A stretch of DNA of 37,529 nt from an uncultured Methanosarcinales archaeon (GTDB lineage Archaea; Nanobdellota; Nanobdellia; Woesearchaeales; UBA525), in assembly GCA_964540015.1 (NCBI GenBank), contig CAZIKW010000004.1:629-38157 (forward strand). The letters run 5' to 3'. The translations under genes and the position numbers were made by a program. The notes below the pieces were generated by a model. It saw only the letters and a list, made by a program, of their open reading frames with translations. It searched no databases and was not told the DNA's origin. How positions within the stretch are numbered: position 1 is the stretch's first letter; each line of letters opens with the position of its first letter. Positions 23,513 through 32,489 of this stretch are shown here, piece by piece.

Positions 23513-24928
23513 ATGGGACTCATCGACCGCTTCAATGAGCGCGTACGCGACATCGGCAAGTTCGGCGCGACCGTACGAAAATCGCTCGAGCCGACCACAC
23601 CGGTGCTCACGCTGGGCGAGGACCGCTCCTCGTGGGCGCAGAGCGCGGTATCGCACCTGAAGCTCGACTGGGAATTCGCGGAGTTCAGCGATCGCGTCGC
23701 CCAACACGTGCAGGATGCGGGCAGGGCGCTTGAGCACTTGACAAGCGAAAAGCGCATCCAGGAACTGCCGGAGCGCGCGCGGACCGTGAATCAGATCCAC
23801 GGTCAAGAATATGCGCAAAAAGCGCGCAAGGTCCTGATCGCGACGAAGTTCGACGATCTGTACCGCTACGACGAGGATCACCAGCGGTTCATGCAAGCGA
23901 TGCAGGAGTTCCGCGACGGCTCCAATCGCAACGCGACGGCGCTGCGTGAACATATGGGCACGGAGCTCGATGCGGTACAGACCGCCCTGCAGAAACTCGA
24001 GGATGAGACTATCCGTTTCGCGCAGTTGCTTGAGACCAAGCATTTCGTGCATGTGAAACAGCTCAAAGAAGCGCACGACGCGCTCGTCACCCTCAACGAA
24101 CGCCAAGCGAAAGAGGAAGAGCTCGCCGCATCGCTGCGCACCGATAAGGAGAAAGCCGTTGAGCGCATCGGAACGCTCGAAGGTCACATCAAGGAGCAAG
24201 AAGACAAGATCCGTAACGATGACGCGCGTGAGGCGCTCACTCAGCTCACGCGGATCGAAGAGCAGCTGGAGAAACTGATCGCGCCTGTGCAGACCGCTGC
24301 ACGTGACGCACGCAAGTACTACAAACGATTCTCCGATATCGCCGCACCGAAGGGGACGATGCAATTGCTTGAATCGCTCGAACGGGATGCGTCGCGCGAA
24401 CTGATGGAGAACCAGTCGAACGTCGCGGATACGTTCACGGCGATTTCCTCGCAGATTGCCGAAGAGAATCGCGCAAACACGAAACCGCTTTCCGCGAAAC
24501 TCGAGCGTGTGGCTTCCGAGATCGAATCGACCGCATCGAAAGTAGCAGCGCTCGTCCCACAACAGCGAGAGTTACGCCGCGGCATCATGCGCGATGTGGC
24601 AGCGCTCGCCGCGTACGACCATCGCCAGTTCCTGTTCACAGCCAAACGCGATGCGAGCGCTATCGACGCGAAACTCACGTTCCTTGAGGCTGAACTCGAT
24701 CCCGCGAAGCGCATCACGCACGAGCGCGCGCTCAAGGATGCGGCGATCAACCTCGGCGCGGTCATCGAAGGAGAACCAGTACCGACGCCTCACGATGCGT
24801 CCTCGAACGTTCCGCAGACAACCGCGGAAGCGGACGAAGAGATTGAACACGCCGAAGCATCGCTCAAAAAAGCGAACGAGATGCTCGGCGGGAATGCGAA
24901 GCCCAAGCGCAAGAAGGGCAAACGATGA
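23513..24928 (+). CDS. Long coiled-coil protein with a basic tail, hypothetical
   Basis: The start at MGLIDRF lies 22 nt downstream of the TATA AATATAAAT (23482-23490). The track start at 23489 lies inside that TATA box. The composition is heptad-rich in E/K/L/A. Confidence 0.65.
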   Translation: MGLIDRFNERVRDIGKFGATVRKSLEPTTPVLTLGEDRSSWAQSAVSHLKLDWEFAEFSDRVAQHVQDAGRALEHLTSEKRIQELPERARTVNQIHGQEYAQKARKVLIATKFDDLYRYDEDHQRFMQAMQEFRDGSNRNATALREHMGTELDAVQTALQKLEDETIRFAQLLETKHFVHVKQLKEAHDALVTLNERQAKEEELAASLRTDKEKAVERIGTLEGHIKEQEDKIRNDDAREALTQLTRIEEQLEKLIAPVQTAARDARKYYKRFSDIAAPKGTMQLLESLERDASRELMENQSNVADTFTAISSQIAEENRANTKPLSAKLERVASEIESTASKVAALVPQQRELRRGIMRDVAALAAYDHRQFLFTAKRDASAIDAKLTFLEAELDPAKRITHERALKDAAINLGAVIEGEPVPTPHDASSNVPQTTAEADEEIEHAEASLKKANEMLGGNAKPKRKKGKR

Positions 24929-25416
24929 AGAAGCCCGTTCGCGTGAAGCCGCCGCAACCCCGCACGTTCGCGGAATTCTGCAAGCTGTTCGCTGATACGC
25001 CTATCGCGCACGCGGTGCGCATCGGCCCGCGTTGGTTCTACGATCCGGAAGGTTTGATCGCGTCTGCTCGCGCGAAAGGTTGGGAGCCGTTCTCTGGAGG
25101 CGTGTACTTAGGCGAGGAGCGCGGCCACTTCCGCCCGACAAGCGCGCTCATCACGATGCTGGCCAGCCAAGGAGGCCCGCGCGTAGAAGTCGATGATCGC
25201 GCAGCATGGCTCTATCTGTGCGGTCGCGATATCCTGATGGAAGGCGCGACGAACGGGACGGAGTATCCGGCCGGGAAGCTCGTGTTCATCGTCGATTTCA
25301 AGGCGCGTGTGCTCGGCTACGGCATGATCTTCAATGCGCACGACAGCAAGCGCAAGTCGAGCGTCTTCGTCAAGCACCTGTTGGACCTGGGCGAATACCT
25401 CCGTCGGGAACGATAG
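24925..25416 (+). CDS. nip7: Nip7-like (UPF0113) PUA-domain ribosome biogenesis protein
   Basis: The C-terminus VFVKHLLDLGEYLRRER parallels the archaeal Nip7 ending IKNLKDVGEFLRR (from memory). Length is 163 aa. The ATG overlaps the upstream stop as ATGA. Confidence 0.65.
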   Translation: MKKPVRVKPPQPRTFAEFCKLFADTPIAHAVRIGPRWFYDPEGLIASARAKGWEPFSGGVYLGEERGHFRPTSALITMLASQGGPRVEVDDRAAWLYLCGRDILMEGATNGTEYPAGKLVFIVDFKARVLGYGMIFNAHDSKRKSSVFVKHLLDLGEYLRRER

Positions 25417-25471
25417 GATCGATAAACGCACGTCGTGGAACTTAAATATCCGTACCGGTTCTCTCCGAGAT

Positions 25472-26155
25472 ATGCGCATCGGCATCATGTTCAGCGGTGG
25501 AAAGGATTCCGTGAATACCCTGTGGTACTACTGTGAGCAAGCATGGGATGTCGCTTGCCTGCTGTCGTTGCTTCCTAAAAACCCTGACTCCTTCATGTTC
25601 CAATCCCCGAACGAACGCCTCCTCCACGCGCAAGCTGACGCGTTAGGGGTACCGCTCCTCACGCAAGCGACGCCAGGGAAAGAAGAAGCGGAGCTTGGCG
25701 ATTTACGTACATTGCTTACGCGAGCGAAAGAAGAACAGCTCATCACAGGCGTCGCCGTCGGTGCACTCGCATCCGACTATCAGCACGAACGCGTCACGCG
25801 CATCTGTGAGGAACTCGATCTCAAGACGTTCGCGCCGTTGTGGCATAAGGACCAAGAGCAATTGTTGCGCGAAATGATCGATGCCGGATTCGACATCCGC
25901 ATGACACGCATCGCCGCCGATGGCCTCGACGCTCACTGGCTCGGGAAGCGCTTGACCGCGCGCGACGTCGACACATTAGTTGCGCTCAACAAGAAGATCG
26001 GACTGCACGTCGGCGGTGAAGGCGGAGAGTACGAGACGATCGTGCTCGACGGACCCCTCTTCTCACACCCAGTCAAGATCAAGTATGATATCGACGAGGA
26101 AGGCGCGCATCGAGCGGAACTCGTCATCGTCGAGGTGGGAGACTATGAAGACTGA
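25472..26155 (+). CDS. dph6: Diphthine-ammonia ligase (Dph6 / MJ0570-type PP-loop ATPase)
   Basis: The sequence MRIGIMFSGGKDSV contains the SGGKDS PP-loop. A TATA TTAAATAT (25442-25449) lies 22 nt upstream. Confidence 0.8.
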   Translation: MRIGIMFSGGKDSVNTLWYYCEQAWDVACLLSLLPKNPDSFMFQSPNERLLHAQADALGVPLLTQATPGKEEAELGDLRTLLTRAKEEQLITGVAVGALASDYQHERVTRICEELDLKTFAPLWHKDQEQLLREMIDAGFDIRMTRIAADGLDAHWLGKRLTARDVDTLVALNKKIGLHVGGEGGEYETIVLDGPLFSHPVKIKYDIDEEGAHRAELVIVEVGDYED

Positions 26156-26405
26156 CAAACCAAGATGTCAGAGCTGCGGAATGCCGATGCAGACCGGTTG
26201 GTATGGGAAGGAGAAAGACGGCACGGCCAACTCAGACTACTGCGTGTATTGCTACAAAGACGGCGCATTCACCGAACCGGATCTCACGCTCGAAGGCATG
26301 GTGGAAAAAAGCATCATGTACATGACCGGACACATGAAATTCCCGCTCGCGCAAGCGGAGAAGCTCTCAAACGACGTCATCCCGAAACTCAAGCGCTGGA
26401 ATTGA
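26145..26405 (+). CDS. Putative zinc-ribbon domain protein
   Basis: The sequence begins MKTDKPRCQSCGMPM...DYCVYCYKDGAF, giving a CxxC...CxxC pattern. It overlaps the dph6 end by 11 nt. Confidence 0.6.
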   Translation: MKTDKPRCQSCGMPMQTGWYGKEKDGTANSDYCVYCYKDGAFTEPDLTLEGMVEKSIMYMTGHMKFPLAQAEKLSNDVIPKLKRWN

Positions 26406-27519
26406 CCTTCTCGCGGATGCGCTCGAGTAACTTCACCTTCGGATAGGTCGACGTGAGAAGACTCGAGTGGCGCAATAAGTGCGTCATCGCCGCGAAGAAC
26501 TCCGGGCTCTCGCTGCGTGACTTGAGCTCGAGGAGCGCGAAGGAATGCTTGTCATCGACCTCGATCGTGTCGAGCGCAACGCGGATCTCGTCATCATAGC
26601 GTACCGTGCGCACGAAATCTATCTCGGTCTCCGTGGGACGGTTAAGCGATTGGACTGACGAGGGGCTTACGTCGCCGATGTGGATGTACCCCTTTTCTTT
26701 CTCAACGTAAAACAGGTTGTACTCGCTGCGCTCATGCGAACGGCGCTTGAGGAACGTGTAGGTCAATTCCACATCCGTGTAGGATTTATGCTCAGGCGTC
26801 AAACCGTGCACATCACGGTAGCGCACGAGGCCAAGGCGATTACCGAACGCGGGGAAGCGGTGCTTATGATACCTGTCGTGGTAGAGTCCTGTCTTCTCGT
26901 TGCCGAGATCGAACTTTTCGCACACGCTCTTGAACGCCTCGCTCGCGTCTTGGTCCGCAAGCACCAAAAACCGCGACTCGAAATACCGCTCCCACTTGAA
27001 GCCCGTGCGTTGCGAGAGACGTTTGAGGCCGCGATGTGCGACCTCGCCTGTTGCTGCCTGCAGCGCGGACGCGACAGGGATCGCCGCGAGGAACCCAAGA
27101 CCACCTGCGATCGCCGGCGCATGTCCCTGTTGGAGCAGCGCATACGTCATCGCTATTTGCGCAGGGTCGTGGTAGAGCGCGTCCGTGAGGACATTGCTGC
27201 CGAGGCCTTTGACGCCTTCAGAGAATCGCTGTCCCCATGTGCGATCGTTTGAGCGCATCGCTTTGCCTGCTTCCCAAAAAAGGAAGCCGATCTTCTCGGC
27301 AACAGGACCCGCAGCACCGAGCACGACAGGGTCAACCGTAGCGAGCGCCATTCCTGCGGTGGAGGCGGCGTTGAACGCTCCCGACGCGAGCTGTGCAGGG
27401 CCGAATTCCCTGAAGCTCTTGACGAACGGGTTCGTCGGGGCCTCAACCCACGTCGATCGCTCGAGGTCTTCTTGGAGGATCTCTTCGAGTTTCGCCGTGG
27501 TGACCAGATTGGTTGCCAT
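26389..27519 (-). CDS. Hypothetical protein: Gly/Ala-rich hydrophobic N-terminal half plus a CYTH-like C-terminal half
   Basis: The C-terminal segments LVRYRDV (RxR) and RTVRYDDEIRVALDTIEVDDKHSFALLELK resemble CYTH barrel strands, but the N-terminal ExExK is not intact. The domain call is tentative. Confidence 0.6.
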   Translation of the reverse strand: MATNLVTTAKLEEILQEDLERSTWVEAPTNPFVKSFREFGPAQLASGAFNAASTAGMALATVDPVVLGAAGPVAEKIGFLFWEAGKAMRSNDRTWGQRFSEGVKGLGSNVLTDALYHDPAQIAMTYALLQQGHAPAIAGGLGFLAAIPVASALQAATGEVAHRGLKRLSQRTGFKWERYFESRFLVLADQDASEAFKSVCEKFDLGNEKTGLYHDRYHKHRFPAFGNRLGLVRYRDVHGLTPEHKSYTDVELTYTFLKRRSHERSEYNLFYVEKEKGYIHIGDVSPSSVQSLNRPTETEIDFVRTVRYDDEIRVALDTIEVDDKHSFALLELKSRSESPEFFAAMTHLLRHSSLLTSTYPKVKLLERIREKVNSSA

Positions 27520-27540
27520 CGACGGTATGGACGCGCGGGA

Positions 27541-27586
27541 GTATTTAAATGTATCTTTATTTAACTACTGTAAAGGAGTTACTAAA
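27541..27586 (-). promoter_or_regulatory. Promoter/operator module (TATA ATTTAAATAC plus imperfect palindrome ACTCCTTTACAGTAGT, read on the minus strand) upstream of the 27519 gene
   Basis: It is nearly identical to 37276-37320 when read in the orientation of the downstream gene. The TATA box ends 21 nt from the ATG. Confidence 0.5.
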
Positions 27587-27645
27587 TACCCTCCCCGGCA
27601 TCGCTAAAGACCTCGCCGCGAGCGTGCACGAGAGGATACCGAACC

Positions 27646-27653
27646 TTTAAATA
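27646..27653 (+). promoter_or_regulatory. TATA-like TTTAAATA upstream of the phosphoketolase gene, followed by a GAGGTGA SD (27676-27682)
   Basis: It lies 35 nt upstream of the GTG at 27689. Unlike most genes here, this one has a short leader with an SD. Confidence 0.4.
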
Positions 27654-27688
27654 CCGTTTCTTCGCGTTATCGACGAGAGGTGACTTGA

Positions 27689-30055
27689 GTGGTGACAAGA
27701 TTATCGACTGATGAACGTTCCTGGGCGCAGGAGCACTGGACAGCTGCGAACTATCTTGCAGCATCGATGATCTATCTCAAGGATAACGAGCTTCTTGAGA
27801 AACCGCTCAAAGGAGAGCATATCAAAGATGCACTCCTGGGCCACTGGGGCACGTGCCCGGGTCTGAACATCCTGCAGACACATCTCTCCCTTCTCGCAAA
27901 GAAGCGGTCGCAATCCACGCTGCTTATCACCGGGCCAGGCCACGGATTCGCATCCTTCCTCGCGAATTCGTTCATCGACGGATCGCTTGAACCCTACTAT
28001 CCTGAACTCACAGCTGACAACGCAGGCACGCGCAATCTCATCAAAGCATTCTGCTGGCCTGGCGGTTTCCCAAGCCATCTCAATCCTGGCGTTCCCGGTT
28101 GTATCCACGAAGGCGGCGAACTCGGCTACGCGCTCGGCGTCGCATTCGGCGCAGCATTCGACAACCCAGATCTCATGGTCGCATGCATCGTCGGTGACGG
28201 TGAAGCGGAAACGGGACCGACCGCTGCAGCGTGGCACAGCACCAAATGGCTCGACCCGAAAAAAGACGGTGCAGTGCTCCCCATCATCCATCTCAATCGC
28301 TACAAGATCAGCAATCCCACGATCTACTCAACGATGAGCAGACCGGAACTCACCGCACTCTTCACGGGGTACGGCTACGCGCCGAAGTTCGTCGGACCTG
28401 ATCACGACAAGCTCCACGCGGCGATCTTCTGGGCGCATGACCGCATCCGCGCGATCCAGCGTGCAGCACGCAGCGGCAAACCGAACGCGCGACCCCGCTG
28501 GCCAGTCATCATCTTCGAGAGCCCGAAAGGAATGACGGGTATCTCGAAACTCGGCAAGGATACGATCACCGGCACCTGGCGCAGCCATCAAGTCCCGGCG
28601 AAAGACGCGAAAGCGAATCCCGAGAGCCTCGCAGCGCTCGAGCATTGGCTGCGTTCGTACAAGCCCGAACATATTTTCACTGCTGGTTGGGTCACTCGCC
28701 TCCGACGACATCTGCCTGAAGGGCCGCTGCGCATCGCAAGCAACCCGCACGCTATCGGCGGCAACCTGCGTACAGCGCTCGAATTACCGGCACCGGAAGA
28801 GTTCCAAGTCGCCATCCATCATCGCGGACACGACCGCGCCGGCAGCACGCCGGTGTTCGGGCAATTCCTCACGTGGACCGTCCGCATGAACAAGAATAAT
28901 TTCCGCATCTACAGCCCGGATGAACTCGCAAGCAACAAGCTCGATGCAGTGCTCGCAGCCACAAGTCGCGCGTACACGTGGCCCCATGAGAAGACCGACA
29001 ACACCCTGGCACCTGGCGGCCAAGTGATGGAGATCCTCAGCGAGCACACGCTCCAAGCATGGATGCAAGGCTATCTCCTCACCGGAAGGCACGGATTGTT
29101 CCCGAGTTACGAAGCGTTCCTCCCAATCGTCGACAGCATGGTGAGCCAATACCTCAAATTCATCGAGATGAGCAGAGCGTACCCATGGCGCACGCCGGTG
29201 TCGAGCATGAACTATCTCTTGACCTCCGTCTGCTGGCGGCAAGACCACAATGGATTCTCGCATCAGAACCCAGGGTTCATCAACACCCTCCTGAACAAAG
29301 CGAAAGAGGAACAGCTCGTGCGCATCTACTTGCCCGCGGACGCGAACATGACACTCACGGTCGCGGATCACTGCTTGCGCAGCGTGAATCGCGTGAACGT
29401 GATCGTCGCGGACAAGCAACCCAACCGCCAATGGCTTTCCTACCAAGAAGCGCGCGACCAAGCGCGCACCGGTGCGGGCATCTGGCCGTTCGCGAGCGTC
29501 GACGACCCTGATGTGATCTTGTGCGGCATCGGCGACTACCAAGTGCAAGAATGCCTCGCGGCGATCATGCTCTTACGCCACATCGCACCAGAAGTCAAGG
29601 TGCGCTTCGTGAACGTGAGTGAGCTGAATGTCTTAGGTCCAGCACCGTTCTATCCCAACGGCATGGATGAAGGCGCGTTCCAGCAGCTCTTCCCCGTCGA
29701 CCGCACGACACTTATCAGCTTCCACGGCTACCCAGGCGCGGTCAAGCAACTCCTGTTCGATCGCCCCGCCAATAGCCGCTTCCACGTGTACGGCTATATC
29801 GAGAAAGGGACGACGACGACACCGTTCGATATGCTCGTGCGTAACAATGTCTCACGTTACGACCTCGCTCGTCGATGCATCGAACATGCCGCGCGCCGCA
29901 ACCATGAACTGGCGCCGCACGCGCACCTGCTCATCGCAAGGATCGAGAAGGATCTCCTTGAGCACCAGGCGTACATCCTCGAGCACGGACGCGATCCACC
30001 CGAGATCGCGGAATGGACCTGGCACGACATCGCGCACGAGAAAACCACGCGGTGA
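27689..30055 (+). CDS. xfp: Xylulose-5-phosphate/fructose-6-phosphate phosphoketolase
   Basis: Motifs GHWGTCPGLN, EGGELGY and GDGEAETGP (TPP binding) are present. Length is 788 aa. It uses a GTG start preceded by an in-frame TGA. Confidence 0.93.
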   Translation: MVTRLSTDERSWAQEHWTAANYLAASMIYLKDNELLEKPLKGEHIKDALLGHWGTCPGLNILQTHLSLLAKKRSQSTLLITGPGHGFASFLANSFIDGSLEPYYPELTADNAGTRNLIKAFCWPGGFPSHLNPGVPGCIHEGGELGYALGVAFGAAFDNPDLMVACIVGDGEAETGPTAAAWHSTKWLDPKKDGAVLPIIHLNRYKISNPTIYSTMSRPELTALFTGYGYAPKFVGPDHDKLHAAIFWAHDRIRAIQRAARSGKPNARPRWPVIIFESPKGMTGISKLGKDTITGTWRSHQVPAKDAKANPESLAALEHWLRSYKPEHIFTAGWVTRLRRHLPEGPLRIASNPHAIGGNLRTALELPAPEEFQVAIHHRGHDRAGSTPVFGQFLTWTVRMNKNNFRIYSPDELASNKLDAVLAATSRAYTWPHEKTDNTLAPGGQVMEILSEHTLQAWMQGYLLTGRHGLFPSYEAFLPIVDSMVSQYLKFIEMSRAYPWRTPVSSMNYLLTSVCWRQDHNGFSHQNPGFINTLLNKAKEEQLVRIYLPADANMTLTVADHCLRSVNRVNVIVADKQPNRQWLSYQEARDQARTGAGIWPFASVDDPDVILCGIGDYQVQECLAAIMLLRHIAPEVKVRFVNVSELNVLGPAPFYPNGMDEGAFQQLFPVDRTTLISFHGYPGAVKQLLFDRPANSRFHVYGYIEKGTTTTPFDMLVRNNVSRYDLARRCIEHAARRNHELAPHAHLLIARIEKDLLEHQAYILEHGRDPPEIAEWTWHDIAHEKTTR

Positions 30056-30059
30056 ATCG

Positions 30060-31199
30060 ATGGATCTTTTGCTCATCGACGCGGGCAGCTCCAGCGTCAA
30101 GTTCCGCCTCTTTGAGAAGGATCGTATCTTGCTTGACGGCCAAGTAGACCGTGTCGGGCCGCAAGCGCGCATGCGCGTGCACGGCGAGGAATATCCGCTC
30201 GATGCTCGCGATCCACCGGCCGCGCTCGCGCGCATCATGGAACTCACCGCAGCAGCGCTGCAAGGACGAGCCCCCGGCGCGGTAGCGCACCGCATCGTGC
30301 ATGGCGGCGACCGTGACCGTGCCGCAATCATCGACACGAAGGCACTCGCTGACCTTTCAGGATATAGCGAGCTCGCGCCATTACACCAAGGCGTGCAACT
30401 CGCGCTCGTGCGCGATACGATGCGGGCCTACCCGGATGCGCTACAGATTGGTTGCTTCGATACTGCGTTTCACGCACATATGCCGGCTGTCGCGCGCGAA
30501 TATGCCATACCGCGCGCGCTCTCGAAGGAATTCCGCATCAAGCGCTATGGCTACCACGGGCTCGCGCACGAGGCGATGCTCATCGAAGCGGCCGCGCTCA
30601 TGGGCCGGCGGCCTTATGACTTGCGCATCATCACGCTGCAATTAGGAAATGGCGTGAGCGCGTGCGCGATAGCTGACCGCCATTCGCTGGACACCACGAT
30701 GGGCTTCACGCCGCTTGAGGGCTTCCCGATGGGAACGCGCTCCGGCTCCATCGATCCCGCGATCATCCCCTACCTGTGCGAGCGGCTCCACGCGACGCCG
30801 CAGGAGGTCTTGCGTATCCTCGAGCACGATAGCGGCATGCTCGGCGTCGGCGGTTCGCATGATGTGCGCGACCTCCTCGCGCTCGAGCACAAGGACCAGA
30901 ACGCGAAGCTCGCGCTCGACCTTCTCGCGTACCAATTGCGAAAGGCGATCGGCGCAGCGTGGGCGGTGCTCGGGCGCGTGGACGCGGTCGTGATGGCGGG
31001 CGGTATTTCGCAAAGTCCTGTGATGCGACGCAAGATCCTGCAGGGACTAGAAGGGTTCGGCATCGCGCTTGATACGCATGCGGGGACCCATGCCGCACCA
31101 CTGCAGATCTCCACAGGCGACGTACCGGTGTTCGTGGTGGACGGGGACGAGCTGGAAGTCATGCGCCGGGAAGCCCATCGTCTGCTTGCGACCAGGTAG
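30060..31199 (+). CDS. ackA: Acetate kinase
   Basis: Motifs IDAGSSSVKF, HRIVHGG, FDTAFH, RYGYHGL, QLGNGVS and DTTMGFTPLEGFPMGTRSGSIDP are present. It begins 4 nt after the xfp stop. Confidence 0.9.
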   Translation: MDLLLIDAGSSSVKFRLFEKDRILLDGQVDRVGPQARMRVHGEEYPLDARDPPAALARIMELTAAALQGRAPGAVAHRIVHGGDRDRAAIIDTKALADLSGYSELAPLHQGVQLALVRDTMRAYPDALQIGCFDTAFHAHMPAVAREYAIPRALSKEFRIKRYGYHGLAHEAMLIEAAALMGRRPYDLRIITLQLGNGVSACAIADRHSLDTTMGFTPLEGFPMGTRSGSIDPAIIPYLCERLHATPQEVLRILEHDSGMLGVGGSHDVRDLLALEHKDQNAKLALDLLAYQLRKAIGAAWAVLGRVDAVVMAGGISQSPVMRRKILQGLEGFGIALDTHAGTHAAPLQISTGDVPVFVVDGDELEVMRREAHRLLATR

Positions 31200-31230
31200 T
31201 TTTTTATAGGATCTACGACGGAAGCAATCT

Positions 31231-31995
31231 ATGTCTGAATCGTTTTGGAAACAGCGATATCCTCTTGTCCTCATCAGCATTTACCTCATCGTCTGGATTT
31301 GGGCGGCGATTAACCCCCTCGACCGCGCCGACTGGCTCCTTGAGAACTATCTCATCTTCGCGGCCATTCCCGTCATCGCGTGGTCATGGATGCGATTCCG
31401 ATTGTCGAATCTCTCGTACACGCTCATCACGATCTTCCTCGCCCTGCACACGATCGGCAGCCACACATCGTATGCGAACGCCCCTATCGGGTTTTGGATT
31501 CAGGAGCTCTTCCATCTCTCGCGCAACCATTACGACCGCGTCGTGCATTTCAGCTTCGGACTCCTGCTCGCGTATCCTGTACGGGAAATATTCTTACGCC
31601 TCGCCAACGCGCGCGGGGTGTGGGGATTGTGGTTCCCCGTTGAATTGACGCTCGCTGCGAGCGCGCTCTATGAAGTTCTTGAGTGGCTTGTCGCCGTGAA
31701 TGTCGATCCTGCCGCTGGTATCGCATTCCTCGGTTCGCAAGGCGATGTGTGGGACGCGCAAAAAGATATGGCACTTGCGGGCCTTGGTGCGTTGATCGCG
31801 ATGGGAGTGACCGCCATCGTACGTTCGGAGAAAGACAGCGAGTACCGAGCGGAACTCGTATCGAGCGTCAGACCGCGTGGTCGACCGTTGGGCGAACAGG
31901 AGCTGGAACGACTCGAGAAGAAATCAACGAGAATCGTAACGAAACCATTGCCTGCTCGACGAGAAGCATCGAAACGGAAAATCGAGCGCAACTAA
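31231..31995 (+). CDS. YjdF/DUF2238-like integral membrane protein
   Basis: This is a multi-TM protein. LALHTIGSHTSYANAPIGFW and NHYDRVVHFSFGLLLAYP resemble the DUF2238 pattern. A TATA TTTTATAG lies 21 nt upstream. Confidence 0.6.
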   Translation: MSESFWKQRYPLVLISIYLIVWIWAAINPLDRADWLLENYLIFAAIPVIAWSWMRFRLSNLSYTLITIFLALHTIGSHTSYANAPIGFWIQELFHLSRNHYDRVVHFSFGLLLAYPVREIFLRLANARGVWGLWFPVELTLAASALYEVLEWLVAVNVDPAAGIAFLGSQGDVWDAQKDMALAGLGALIAMGVTAIVRSEKDSEYRAELVSSVRPRGRPLGEQELERLEKKSTRIVTKPLPARREASKRKIERN

Positions 31996-32465
31996 GGATG
32001 TTGATGGCGCCGGCTTGCGAACTCGGCGTACGGGACGAGTTTCGGTCGCTCACCCGTGAAGGCCATCCGCTCCTTTTCGATACGCTCATCGAGCGTCATT
32101 CTCGCGACCCGCGCACGTACGAGAAGGAGTTCTTGCGTTTCTATTTGTCTCCGGTACTGCTCAAGCTCCTGTAAGATCTTCTTTGGCGAGAAGAGGTCGC
32201 GCAGGAACGCGAAACGGAATGTCGGTTGCTTGCTCTCAACCTCGGTACGCTCCTTATACAATCGTTCTAACGAAGCCTCATGCTCCACCACCGAAATGTC
32301 CCACTCGTTGCGATTGCGCTCGAGTCCCGCGGCATACGCCTGGAAGCCTGCGCCATCACCTTGTGCGCGATAACGAAGCGCTTGCAGCTCATCAGTCATG
32401 ACCTTTGGGAGCGCACGGCGATTTAAGAGTGTGTCGGCAGGTAACACCGTCAACGGCATCTTCAT
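31992..32465 (-). CDS. Hypothetical protein (157 aa)
   Basis: This uses the internal Met MKMPLTVLP of the 31992-32597 ORF, which avoids overlap with the divergent gene at 32490. I recognised no domain. Confidence 0.45.
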   Translation of the reverse strand: MKMPLTVLPADTLLNRRALPKVMTDELQALRYRAQGDGAGFQAYAAGLERNRNEWDISVVEHEASLERLYKERTEVESKQPTFRFAFLRDLFSPKKILQELEQYRRQIETQELLLVRARVARMTLDERIEKERMAFTGERPKLVPYAEFASRRHQHP

Positions 32466-32489
32466 AAATCGGCGACACGCACCACCGTC

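Noticed and set aside
23138-24562. A 474-aa minus-strand ORF
   Set aside because: Only the last 98 aa (23138-23434) look like a real protein (Rpr2 zinc ribbon). The remainder is antisense to the coiled-coil gene, has low-complexity R/L/F-rich composition, and would run through the divergent promoter. Stop-free antisense frames are expected opposite GAG/AAG/CTC-rich coiled-coil coding sequence.
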